DNA of 50,324 nucleotides from Flavobacteriaceae bacterium (GTDB lineage Bacteria > Bacteroidota > Bacteroidia > Flavobacteriales > Flavobacteriaceae). Position numbers and translations under genes: made by a program. The stretch's first letter is position 1. Each line of letters opens with the position of its first letter. The stretch is taken from positions 1 through 50,324 of the forward strand of contig CANCFZ010000001.1 of NCBI GenBank assembly GCA_947377425.1, written 5' to 3'. The notes beneath the pieces are model-generated. The model was not told the origin of the DNA and ran no database searches. It saw only the letters and a program-made list of their open reading frames with translations. Below, in pieces: positions 39,368 to 48,266 of this stretch.

Positions 39368-40300
39368 ATGAAAAAACTATATATACTATTCTTGCTTTTT
39401 GCAGGACAAACATTCTTTGCACAAACCGAAATTGACGGTATAATGATGGATAAAAAACAACTTTGTACTGGATTCATTTACGAATATAGCAGCTGGAGCA
39501 ACTACTGGGAAGGCACTTATTATCGTGAAAATTTAAACATGGGAACAGTGTCTACACAAAAAACAGCTATCAATGCCAATTATGGTTTAAGTGATAAACT
39601 AAATATAATTGTAAGCCTTCCTTATGTTACTACAAAAGCGTCTGCCGGAACCATGATTGGACAAAAAGGCATGCAGGATGCTGCACTTACGGTGAAATAT
39701 ATGCCTTATGAAAAATCATTCAAAAACAATACACTCTCTTTTTATGTTATAGGAACCTACTCTTTTCCAACCAGTAATTATGTAGCAGACTATTTGCCAT
39801 TAAGTCTCGGTTTACACAGTAAAGTTGGATTGTTACGTTTACTTGGTGATTATCAATTCGGTAGTTTATTTTCAACTTTTTCTGGGGCATATGCTAAAAG
39901 ATCAAATATTACAATTGACAGGAACACATACTATTCTGACCAAATGCACTATACTAATGAAGTGAATTTACCAGATGCTATAACATTCAATGCTCGTTTT
40001 GGTTACAGAACAGACCGATTAATTGCCGAAGCAGTATTTGACACATGGACAACGCAAAAAGGAGGATTTGACATCACGACCAACAACTTGCCATTTCCTA
40101 GCAACACAATGAATATGAGCAAACTGGGATTAAACGGTAAATATAATTTAAAAAAAATCTCTGGATTGGCTTTAATAGGCGGCTTTAATCATGTCATTAC
40201 AGGAAGAAATGTTGGTCAGACAAATTCATTCTATGGCGGTTTATTCTATATTATCGATTTTACATCTAAAACAAAAAAAACAACTAACAATGAAAAATAA
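39368..40300 (+). CDS. Putative outer-membrane beta-barrel / transporter-like protein
   Basis: Signal peptide FFA-Q; alternating aromatic strands (INANYGLSD, FNARFGYR, GRNVGQTNSFYGGLFYIIDF). Confidence 0.65.
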   Translation: MKKLYILFLLFAGQTFFAQTEIDGIMMDKKQLCTGFIYEYSSWSNYWEGTYYRENLNMGTVSTQKTAINANYGLSDKLNIIVSLPYVTTKASAGTMIGQKGMQDAALTVKYMPYEKSFKNNTLSFYVIGTYSFPTSNYVADYLPLSLGLHSKVGLLRLLGDYQFGSLFSTFSGAYAKRSNITIDRNTYYSDQMHYTNEVNLPDAITFNARFGYRTDRLIAEAVFDTWTTQKGGFDITTNNLPFPSNTMNMSKLGLNGKYNLKKISGLALIGGFNHVITGRNVGQTNSFYGGLFYIIDFTSKTKKTTNNEK

Positions 40301-41846
40301 TAACTATAAAATCATAATTATAAGTTGCTTAACTTTATTATTAGGGATTTCTATTTCGTGCAACGACGAATTGGTAGAACGCAACATGCAATACCCGCAA
40401 CTAAATCCAACCAATCCCGATGCAAATGCAGGAACTTGGTCAACACTTTTATTAACAGCTCCAGATGAATTTCCGTTACCTGCACCAACGGCTACTGCAT
40501 CAAATTCTTACAAAGCTGAAATTAATGAAATTAAAAGTTACCAAGCCAATATTACTGATGACCAACAAAAAATCATTAATTATTGGAGTGCTGGCGGTGT
40601 GCTGCGTTGGAATGAAATTATGCAAACTTTAGTAGCACGACACAATCGTCCTCCTTATCAAAATGAAGACGGAACCTATCCTGCACCTTCGGCAGCAAAT
40701 CCGTTTGCTAATCCACAATTTCCATTTTCCAATCCGCCTTTTGCAGCTCGTGCTTATGCTTATGTTAGTGCCGCACAATATGACGCTATGGTTGCAACTT
40801 GGCATTACAAAAATTTATACCATCGTGATGCCCCTTTTACAGTTGACAATACTATTTCGGTATTAGTTCCTAAAAGCTCGTTACCTTCATATCCTTCAGA
40901 GGACGGAGTATTAGCTGGAGTAACTGTTGAAATTTTAAAATTATTATTCCCGACAGAAATCGCTTATATTCAACAAAAAGCAGATGAAGAAAAATTATAC
41001 CGCATCATTTCTGGAGCCAACGTGAGAAGTGATGTAGATGCTGGAGTACTACTTGGAAGAGCCATTGCTGCCAAATTTATAACTAAAGCTTCAACCGATG
41101 GCGCAGGCGCTGCTATCGGAAATCAAACTTTATGGACACAATTAGAAACTAACGCTATTGCAAATGGAGAAACTCCTTGGAAATCATTAGATGCTCCTTC
41201 AAGACCTCCAATGTTGCCATTGTTTGGAAATGTAAAATCATTTTTAATGACACCTGCAAATGTAATCGCTAGTAGACCTTTACCTCCGCCTTCAACCAAT
41301 TCACAACAGTTTTTAAACGAACTTAATGAAGTTAAAAGTTACAGTAACGATGCCAGTAGAGAACACATGAAAATTGTAAGTTTTTGGGCAGATGGTGTTG
41401 GAACATACACACCTCCTGGACATTGGAATGCGATTGCTGATGAAGCGTTTGTTTATCAATATTTTAGTGAAGTTCGTTGGGCAAGAAATATGGCACTTTT
41501 AAATATTTCGATGATGGATGCTGCAATTTGTTGTTGGGATGCCAAATACCATTACTTTAACCCAAGACCCTGTCAGGTAGATTCATCCATAAAAACATTA
41601 ACTGGCGTGCCAAATTTTCCAGCTTATGTATCAGGGCATTCCACTTTTAGTGGTGCTGCATCAACTTTCTTATCACATGTAATTCCGGCAAGAGCACAAG
41701 AGTTTCAAAACATGGCTAATGAAGCGTCTATGTCGAGATTGTATGGAGCCATTCACTACCGAAGCGATTGTGAAGCTGGATTATTGTTAGGGAATACTGT
41801 TGGGAATTTTGCTGTACAACGCGCCTTAATTGATGGTGCTGAATAA
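40290..41846 (+). CDS. Tandem-domain PAP2 / vanadium haloperoxidase-like lipoprotein
   Basis: Start reassigned to ATG 40290 (lipobox ISISC); C-domain KYHYFNPRP, PNFPAYVSGHS, SRLYGAIHY; N-domain KNLYHRDAP, PSYPSED, RIISGAN. Confidence 0.85.
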   Translation: MKNNNYKIIIISCLTLLLGISISCNDELVERNMQYPQLNPTNPDANAGTWSTLLLTAPDEFPLPAPTATASNSYKAEINEIKSYQANITDDQQKIINYWSAGGVLRWNEIMQTLVARHNRPPYQNEDGTYPAPSAANPFANPQFPFSNPPFAARAYAYVSAAQYDAMVATWHYKNLYHRDAPFTVDNTISVLVPKSSLPSYPSEDGVLAGVTVEILKLLFPTEIAYIQQKADEEKLYRIISGANVRSDVDAGVLLGRAIAAKFITKASTDGAGAAIGNQTLWTQLETNAIANGETPWKSLDAPSRPPMLPLFGNVKSFLMTPANVIASRPLPPPSTNSQQFLNELNEVKSYSNDASREHMKIVSFWADGVGTYTPPGHWNAIADEAFVYQYFSEVRWARNMALLNISMMDAAICCWDAKYHYFNPRPCQVDSSIKTLTGVPNFPAYVSGHSTFSGAASTFLSHVIPARAQEFQNMANEASMSRLYGAIHYRSDCEAGLLLGNTVGNFAVQRALIDGAE

Positions 41847-41854
41847 AAAATAGT

Positions 41855-42322
41855 ATGATAACAACATTTAACACATACTATTTTAAGTTGAGTACTTCTA
41901 TGGAAAAATACAGTATTACACTATTGCGAGTTGCTCTCGCAATAGTGTACATCTGGTTCGGTTCATTAAAAATGGCAGGCATAAGTCCGGCAGAAGAATT
42001 AGTAGAAAAAACTGTTTATTGGTTTAAACCCGAAATTTTCATTCCAATTTTGGGCCTCTGCGAAATTATAATCGGACTAGGATTACTTGTTAAAAGGTTT
42101 ATTCCAATTACTATTGTATTGTTATTATTACACATGATTGTAGCCTTTTTTCCTATGTTTGTTGTAGAAAAAGCATGCTTCGACACATTCCCATACCGCC
42201 CGTCATTGGTAGGTCAGTATATTATTAAAAACATCGTTTTAATTACTGGGGCTTTGGTGGTTGCAAGCAAATACAATGTAAAAAACTATTCCAAAAATAA
42301 CTTAAATAAAGATTTAATTTAA
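41855..42322 (+). CDS. DoxX-superfamily / DUF417 (RclC-YkgB-like) membrane protein
   Basis: LLRVALAIVYIWFGSLK, ILGLCEIIIGLGLL, GQYIIKNIVLITGAL; about four TM helices. Confidence 0.7.
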   Translation: MITTFNTYYFKLSTSMEKYSITLLRVALAIVYIWFGSLKMAGISPAEELVEKTVYWFKPEIFIPILGLCEIIIGLGLLVKRFIPITIVLLLLHMIVAFFPMFVVEKACFDTFPYRPSLVGQYIIKNIVLITGALVVASKYNVKNYSKNNLNKDLI

Positions 42323-42449
42323 ACTTTCTGAAAGAGCTTTATTTTTCAGAATAAAAAGTACTTTTCCTAAACCAGTTTTCTTTCAATTTAAACACATATT
42401 CTATTAAATATTAGTATTTTGCAGAACAAAAAATTCTAACCAAAACCCA

Positions 42450-44714
42450 ATGAAAAAAAACAAATTCCTCTTACTAATTTGCCTTATAACTGTCACCATT
42501 TCTTGGAGTCAAAAAGCAAAAACTTCATTGTCAGAAACCGATAAAAAAGTAGCGGATTTACTTTCTAAAATGACATTAGAAGAAAAAATTGGTCAAATGA
42601 CACAAATCACAGTGACTAATTTTAATCAACCTGAAAAACCAGATTTGGATTTGGTAAAATTAGACGAGGCTGTTTTAAAATTTCATATTGGTTCTATTCT
42701 AAATGTTCCAAATCCTGGAGCGCCTTCCATTCAAAAATGGAATGAAGTACTAACTATAATTACAACAGAAGCCAATAAAACTCGTTTAAAAATTCCAATT
42801 CTTTATGGAATCGATGCTATTCATGGCTCAAGTTATACATTGGGAGCTACTTTATTTCCTCAGCAAATAGGAATGGCGGCAACTTTCAACACCGATTTAG
42901 TTAAGAAAGGAGCAGAAATATCGGCATACGAAACACGTGCATCATCTATTCCATGGGTTTTTTCGCCCGATTTAGATTTTCCAAGAAATCCAGCATGGTC
43001 AAGAACATGGGAGTCTTTTGGTGAAGATGCTTATTTATCGTCACAAATGGGAGTAGCGATGGTTAGCGGTTTTGAAGGAACAGATGTAGGTTCTAAATAC
43101 AATGTTGCTTCGTGCATGAAACATTTTTTAGGATACGGAAGCACCACAACAGGCAAAGATAGAACGCCAAGTATTATTCCCGAACGCATTTTACGACAAT
43201 ACGACTTAACTATTTATGAAGCAGCGATAAAAGCAGGTGCTAAAAGCATCATGATTAGTTCGGGAGAAATTAACGGAACGCCAGTTCATGCCAGCAAATA
43301 CTTAATTACCGACATTTTAAAAAAAGAGTTGAATTTTAAAGGTGTAGTGGTAACCGATTGGAAAGATATTATCTATTTGCACACCCGACATAAAGTTGCC
43401 GAAACCAACCGTGATGCAGTAAAAATGTCTGTTATGGCAGGAATTGACATGAGTATGGTTCCTGAAGATTACACATTTTATTATGATTTATTAGATTTAG
43501 TTCAGAAAAAAGAAGTGCCAATGTCACGCATTGACGATGCTGTTTCTAGGATTTTGAAGATGAAAATGGAGTTAAATTTGTTCCAAAATACGGTAGCCGA
43601 TTTAAAAGATTATCCGAAATTTGGTTCTCAAGAATTTATTGATGAAGCCTATCAATCGGCTGCCGAATCAATTACATTATTAAAGAATAACAACGCTATT
43701 TTACCCTTAAATAAAACAGAAAAAATCTTTGTAACGGGCCCAACATCCAACAGTATGAAATACTTAAATGGTGGTTGGTCATACAATTGGCAAGGTGAAA
43801 ATTCTGATGTATATGCGGCTAATAAATTCACCATTTTAGAAGCATTGCAAAACAAAATCGGAAAGGATAATGTAACCTTTTCGGAAGGTGCTTATTTTGA
43901 CAAGGAAGACGAATCAGAAATTCTAAAGGCAGTTGAGATGGCTAAAGGTGCCTCTAAAATTATTTTATGTTTGGGAGAAAAAAACTATACCGAAACACCT
44001 GGCGATATTAGCAATTTATTTATTTCAGACTCACAGGTGAAATTAGCATTGGCATTATCTAAACTAAATATTCCTATTATACTGGTTTTAAATGAAGGTC
44101 GCCCGAGATTGATTAGCCAATTTGAACATATAACAAGTGCTATAGTTCAATGTTATTTACCAGGAAACGAAGGTGCTAGAGCATTAGCATCTATTTTGTT
44201 TGGCGATGTAAATCCAAGTGGAAAATTGCCCTACAACTACCCAAGATACCCAAATTCATTAGAAAAATATAATAGAAAATATACTGAAAGTTTGGGTGAT
44301 GATGAGCAAAATAATGATGCTAAATACGAAAAAAGCTATTTGCCTCAATTCGAATTCGGAACCGGATTATCATATACAACATTTACTTATTCTAATCTGA
44401 AAATTGACAAATCTGAAATCAATACTTCTGATAAAATAACCGTAACCGTTGACGTAACCAATAGCGGAAAAGTATCGGGAAAAGAAGCTGTTTTACTATA
44501 TTTGTCAGATGAATATGCCAGTATAACCCCTGAAGTAAAAGCATTAAAACGATTTCAAAAAATAAATTTACAACCTAATGAAACTAAAACAGTGACATTT
44601 ACTTTAGATCAAAAAGCATTGCAATTTGTAACTAATGATTTAAAATGGATTGCTGAAAAAGGAACTTTTAAAATTCAAATAGACAATCAAATTATTAAAT
44701 TTAAACTGAAATAA
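42450..44714 (+). CDS. GH3 beta-glucosidase (BglX-like), secreted
   Basis: MTLEEKIGQMTQ, GIDAIHG, ESFGED, CMKHF, VVTDW nucleophile motif, NPSGKLP, FGTGLSYTTF, Fn3-like tail. Confidence 0.93.
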   Translation: MKKNKFLLLICLITVTISWSQKAKTSLSETDKKVADLLSKMTLEEKIGQMTQITVTNFNQPEKPDLDLVKLDEAVLKFHIGSILNVPNPGAPSIQKWNEVLTIITTEANKTRLKIPILYGIDAIHGSSYTLGATLFPQQIGMAATFNTDLVKKGAEISAYETRASSIPWVFSPDLDFPRNPAWSRTWESFGEDAYLSSQMGVAMVSGFEGTDVGSKYNVASCMKHFLGYGSTTTGKDRTPSIIPERILRQYDLTIYEAAIKAGAKSIMISSGEINGTPVHASKYLITDILKKELNFKGVVVTDWKDIIYLHTRHKVAETNRDAVKMSVMAGIDMSMVPEDYTFYYDLLDLVQKKEVPMSRIDDAVSRILKMKMELNLFQNTVADLKDYPKFGSQEFIDEAYQSAAESITLLKNNNAILPLNKTEKIFVTGPTSNSMKYLNGGWSYNWQGENSDVYAANKFTILEALQNKIGKDNVTFSEGAYFDKEDESEILKAVEMAKGASKIILCLGEKNYTETPGDISNLFISDSQVKLALALSKLNIPIILVLNEGRPRLISQFEHITSAIVQCYLPGNEGARALASILFGDVNPSGKLPYNYPRYPNSLEKYNRKYTESLGDDEQNNDAKYEKSYLPQFEFGTGLSYTTFTYSNLKIDKSEINTSDKITVTVDVTNSGKVSGKEAVLLYLSDEYASITPEVKALKRFQKINLQPNETKTVTFTLDQKALQFVTNDLKWIAEKGTFKIQIDNQIIKFKLK

Positions 44715-44730
44715 TAATTTAAACTTTATT

Positions 44731-44769
44731 GGAAGGTCTTATAAATTAATTAATAAGACCTCCTTTTTT
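44731..44769. terminator. Terminator between convergent GH3 and GH30
   Basis: GGAAGGTCTTAT...ATAAGACCTCC followed by a T-run on the plus strand. Confidence 0.75.
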
Positions 44770-44783
44770 AATATAATTTTATT

Positions 44784-46211
44784 CTAATATACTAATGTTT
44801 GAATTGAATGAGCTGGAATAGATAATGTTGCTGCTTTAGTTTCAACATATAATTTATAGTCTATATTTGTTTCACTTTGATTCATAACTACAGTTACTAT
44901 TTTACCATCAACATTTACAAATGAAGTAGTTAACAACTGACTTCTACTAGCTACACTGCTAATTCTTTTAGCATTAGGTCTAATAAATTTTGAAAAATGT
45001 CCAATGTAATAATAGGAAGGTGTATAAATTAATTGACTCGTAGTTACATCTGCATGTACTGGTGCAAAGCAAAAATTACCAACGTGATTTGGACCTCCTT
45101 TTTCATCTAGAAGAATATTCCAATCAGTCCAAGCAACGGTTCCATTATTAAAATCATTGATCATTGATTTACCATATTTTTCTCCATTTGCCCAATTTTG
45201 ATACCGTTCTGGATTAAATGACTCTGCACAACCTTCGGTGAAAATCAAATTTTTATTTGGATAGGCTTCTTGTACTTTAGCTACATTTTCGAACATTGGT
45301 TGACCTCCAGCCCAAGTTTCATACCAATGGAATCCCATGCCCCAAGCATATTTTGATGCTTTTGGATCATCATAAATGGTAGAAGCACGTTGATACATTA
45401 AATCTCTATTATGATCCCAAATTATGATTTTTTTAGACAACAGTTTTTCTTTTTCTAATGTTGGTCCTAAAAAATTCTTTAAGAAATCCCGTTCCATTTC
45501 TGCAGTATAAATACACGATTCCCAAGTTTGTTTTGCCATAGGTTCATTCTGAATTGATAATCCCCAAATAGGAACGCCTACTTTTTCGTAAGCTCTAATA
45601 AATTTAACATAGTAATTAGCCCATGATTGATAGAATTCTGGCTTAAGGGAACCACCATGTAAAATATCATTATTCGTTTTCATGAAAGCTGGCGGACTCC
45701 ACGGCGAAGCAAATAATGTTAATTTACCTGCTACTGCAGTAGCTTGTTTTATTAGTGGTATTCTATATTTTAAATCATGAGTGATGCTAAATGTTGTTAA
45801 ATCTTTGTCGCCTTCTGTGACATAAGTATAACTATCACTTGAAAAATCGCAACTGTGAATATTAGTTCTTGCTAAAGTATACCCTATTCCCTTTGTTGGA
45901 CTATAATAGGATTGCAAAAATTCTTGTTGTTTTTCTTTGGAAAGTTTTGCAAATACTTCTGCACTTGCATCGGTAATTGCACCACCGATTCCAATAAAGG
46001 TTTGAAATTTTTTATTTGGGTTTACAAAAACACAAATTTGATTTTCAAACGGTTGACTAGAAGTAACAAGATTAACTGTTCCAGTAGCTGTAATTCTATT
46101 AGCAGTGTTTTCTGTAGAAGTATAGATAGAAACTATTTTATCATCATTCTTTTTTTGAGCTTCTGTGTTCCAAAATGAAAGGAAAACAATAATTAGAAAG
46201 CAGTTTTTCAT
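44784..46211 (-). CDS. GH30 glycoside hydrolase (glucosylceramidase-like), secreted
   Basis: GIGGAITDA, RTNIHSCDFS, ASPWSPPAFMKT, IQNEP acid/base, FTEGC nucleophile, WTDWNILLD, GHFSKFI. Confidence 0.92.
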   Translation of the reverse strand: MKNCFLIIVFLSFWNTEAQKKNDDKIVSIYTSTENTANRITATGTVNLVTSSQPFENQICVFVNPNKKFQTFIGIGGAITDASAEVFAKLSKEKQQEFLQSYYSPTKGIGYTLARTNIHSCDFSSDSYTYVTEGDKDLTTFSITHDLKYRIPLIKQATAVAGKLTLFASPWSPPAFMKTNNDILHGGSLKPEFYQSWANYYVKFIRAYEKVGVPIWGLSIQNEPMAKQTWESCIYTAEMERDFLKNFLGPTLEKEKLLSKKIIIWDHNRDLMYQRASTIYDDPKASKYAWGMGFHWYETWAGGQPMFENVAKVQEAYPNKNLIFTEGCAESFNPERYQNWANGEKYGKSMINDFNNGTVAWTDWNILLDEKGGPNHVGNFCFAPVHADVTTSQLIYTPSYYYIGHFSKFIRPNAKRISSVASRSQLLTTSFVNVDGKIVTVVMNQSETNIDYKLYVETKAATLSIPAHSIQTLVY

Positions 46212-46437
46212 ATTTATATTTATTAGTAAATATAAATAAAATTATAATATTCAAAAAATGGATTCCTTAAAAAAAATGGAGAAAACAATAATTTTATTTA
46301 ATTATTAATAAAATGACAAAAAGTTTAACAATTTAATTAGATTAAATCTATTTATTAAACAATTATTTTTTTTTAAACAATAGAAATACAAATAAAAATA
46401 ATTATATTACGTAAAATTTCCAAATCGGTTTATATTA

Positions 46438-47457
46438 ATGAAAGACATTACTTTAAAAGAAATTGCTATAAAACTAGGGATTTCTATAACTACAGTTTCT
46501 AAAGCTTTAAAGAATTACCCAGACGTTAGTGAAAAGACTAAAAATGCCGTCTTAGAAATGGCAAAATCTTTACATTTCACTCCCAATAGTTTTGCGGTAA
46601 ATCTTCGAACAAGAGAATCTAAGACTATTGGATTGATAATTCCTGAAGTGGTGCATCACTTTTTTTCAAACGTTATTAAAGGTATTATTGCTGAGGCTGA
46701 AAAAAGTGGTTATTTAGTTATTATTTTACAATCTAGCGAATCTAAAGAACTAGAAATAAAACAAGTAGATTTATTAATGAATAAACGAGTAGACGGTATC
46801 TTGTTATCACTTTCTAACGAATCTAACGATGATGACCATTTAAAAGAAATTATTAGAAGAGATGTTCCTTTTGTGATGTTTGATAAAATATCAAAACTAA
46901 TCAACTGTTCTAAAGTAATTATTAACGACCAAAAAGCAGCTTTTAATGCTACCGAGCATTTAATTGGCAAAGGTTGTAAAAGAATAGCTCATATTCGCGG
47001 CCCTGTAAATCCACAAAATGCTATTGATCGCTTTTTGGGATATAAAAAGGCATTAGAAAAACACAATATTCTATTTGACAAAAGCTTAGTTTATACCTGT
47101 AAAGGTTCGGAATTTGAAGAAGGCTATGATTTTGCTAAACAAATAATAACAGAACATAATGATATTGATGGAATCTTTTGCGTGACAGATATTGTTGCCA
47201 TTGGTGCTATCAATTATTTGAACGAAATTAATATTTCTATACCCAAACAGATTAAAGTTATTGGCTTTAGCAACTGGTTTATGGGACAAGTAATCACCCC
47301 TAAATTAAGCACTATAGATCAACCTGGATACGATATGGGTGTTGAATCGTTTAATCTATTATTGGAAGAGATGAATTGCCGCAGAGAAACAAAACCATTT
47401 ACTCCGCGAACTATTGAGCTTCCAACAAAAATCATTGAAAGAGAATCTACTTTATAA
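46438..47457 (+). CDS. LacI-family transcriptional regulator
   Basis: ITLKEIAIKLGISITTVSKAL helix-turn-helix, FTPNSFAVNLR hinge, IGLIIP, LSTIDQP, IERES. Confidence 0.95.
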   Translation: MKDITLKEIAIKLGISITTVSKALKNYPDVSEKTKNAVLEMAKSLHFTPNSFAVNLRTRESKTIGLIIPEVVHHFFSNVIKGIIAEAEKSGYLVIILQSSESKELEIKQVDLLMNKRVDGILLSLSNESNDDDHLKEIIRRDVPFVMFDKISKLINCSKVIINDQKAAFNATEHLIGKGCKRIAHIRGPVNPQNAIDRFLGYKKALEKHNILFDKSLVYTCKGSEFEEGYDFAKQIITEHNDIDGIFCVTDIVAIGAINYLNEINISIPKQIKVIGFSNWFMGQVITPKLSTIDQPGYDMGVESFNLLLEEMNCRRETKPFTPRTIELPTKIIERESTL

Positions 47458-47480
47458 AAGGAACACTATTTCTGATTTGC

Positions 47481-47548
47481 TATAACGGATTAAAATCTGT
47501 TGCAACACTATTGGATTTCCTATAACAATGGATTTTAAACCGTTGCTA
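47481..47548. repeat. Inverted pair of degenerate REP-like palindromes
   Basis: AACGGATTAAAATCTGTTGCAAC and AACAATGGATTTTAAACCGTTG: each is an imperfect hairpin and they approximate reverse complements of each other. Confidence 0.55.
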
Positions 47549-47653
47549 AAAAACATCTCGTTCCTACAGAACTTTTTCATGGCCTATATTAGCCGAAGGC
47601 TCAACCTATATTCTAGTTGGCTTATTATTAATTGGTGTGTTTTCAATCTCAAT

Positions 47654-47734
47654 TTACCTCAAAAAATTAATATTCCTTTTGAACCCATTAAGTTGCGTTC
47701 TATTTACAGCTGAACCTTTAAAGACTTTATTGAA
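47654..47734 (-). pseudogene. queG: 3'-terminal remnant resembling epoxyqueuosine reductase QueG
   Basis: Manual translation FNKVFKGSAVNRTQLNGFKRNINFLR-stop resembles the flavobacterial QueG C-terminus as I recall it (F..VFK.S.VKRTK..GLKRNI.FL); no upstream coding continuation. Confidence 0.55.
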
Positions 47735-47807
47735 GGCGCACCCACTTCTAGACTAGAAAGTTTAATAATTAGAAGCGAATGGTTTGGGCTTATTTGTAGT
47801 CCATTTT

Positions 47808-47849
47808 CCTGCTATCCGCGCTACAAGGTAGCTGCTCCTATCAGGGCTA
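47808..47849 (-). ncRNA. Flavo-1-like structured RNA / repeat element
   Basis: Minus strand TAGCCCTGATAGGAGCAGCTACCTTGTAGCGCGGATAGCAGG: CCTG/CAGG outer pairing and GCTAC/GTAGC inner hairpin; resembles the Flavo-1 motif from memory. Confidence 0.5.
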
Positions 47850-47953
47850 GTTGGATTTTGTCTTTTGTAAAGTTTCAAGTTCTATAGCACTAACTTTGAT
47901 ACATGAGGTGTCATTATTCATCATTTTACTCAATTTAAGGCTTTGTCAAATGT

Positions 47954-47981
47954 AAAAAGACGAGCAATACTGCTCGTCTTT
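47954..47981. terminator. Intrinsic terminator-like hairpin
   Basis: Perfect 11-bp stem AAAGACGAGCA-ATAC-TGCTCGTCTTT. Confidence 0.75.
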
Positions 47982-48036
47982 CTTACTTTAATTTTATACT
48001 ATTTTTTAATTTTTAGATAGTTAAGTTAACTAAGTA

Positions 48037-48175
48037 AGTTCATCACTAACTTTGAAACATTACCATTCTGCAATATCTTTTGTTTTTCAAATAGTTAAAT
48101 AATGTAAATTAGTTCATCACTAACTTTGAAACATTACCTAAGTTCAACAAATCAATTCATCACTAATTATGAAAC
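48037..48175 (+). repeat. Direct repeats containing a TAACTTTG promoter element
   Basis: AGTTCATCACTAACTTTGAAACATTACC exact at 48037-48064 and 48111-48138; degenerate copy at 48155-48175. Confidence 0.85.
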
Positions 48176-48212
48176 TGGATATACTAATTTAGCTTGGAGT
48201 TAAAGTTAAGAG

Positions 48213-48246
48213 AAAAAACTACAACTTGTTATTGTTGTAGTTTTTT
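48213..48246. terminator. Bidirectional terminator-like hairpin
   Basis: AAAAAACTACAAC-8 nt-GTTGTAGTTTTTT perfect inverted repeat. Confidence 0.75.
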
Positions 48247-48266
48247 GTATTTTATTCTCTTTGTTG

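Noticed and set aside
40191-40289. Longer starts in the ORF track (40191; likewise 23250 and 26566)
   Set aside because: Downstream ATGs place lipoprotein signal peptides at the N-terminus and avoid long overlaps.
46420-46433. Possible autoregulatory operator CCAAATCGGTTTAT before lacI
   Set aside because: Too many mismatches to the consensus palindrome.
8933-47289. Other 60-160 aa ORFs nested in annotated genes (e.g. 10352, 13667, 23844, 32830, 43652, 46710)
   Set aside because: Overlap well-supported CDSs and lack recognisable motifs.
47528-47713. 61-aa plus-strand ORF
   Set aside because: Starts inside a REP-like repeat and lies antisense to the QueG-like remnant.
48037-48175. Possible mini-CRISPR array (28-bp repeats)
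   Set aside because: Only two exact copies, intervening segments of 46 and 16 bp, similarity extends into the supposed spacers, no cas genes in the window; better explained as promoter duplication.
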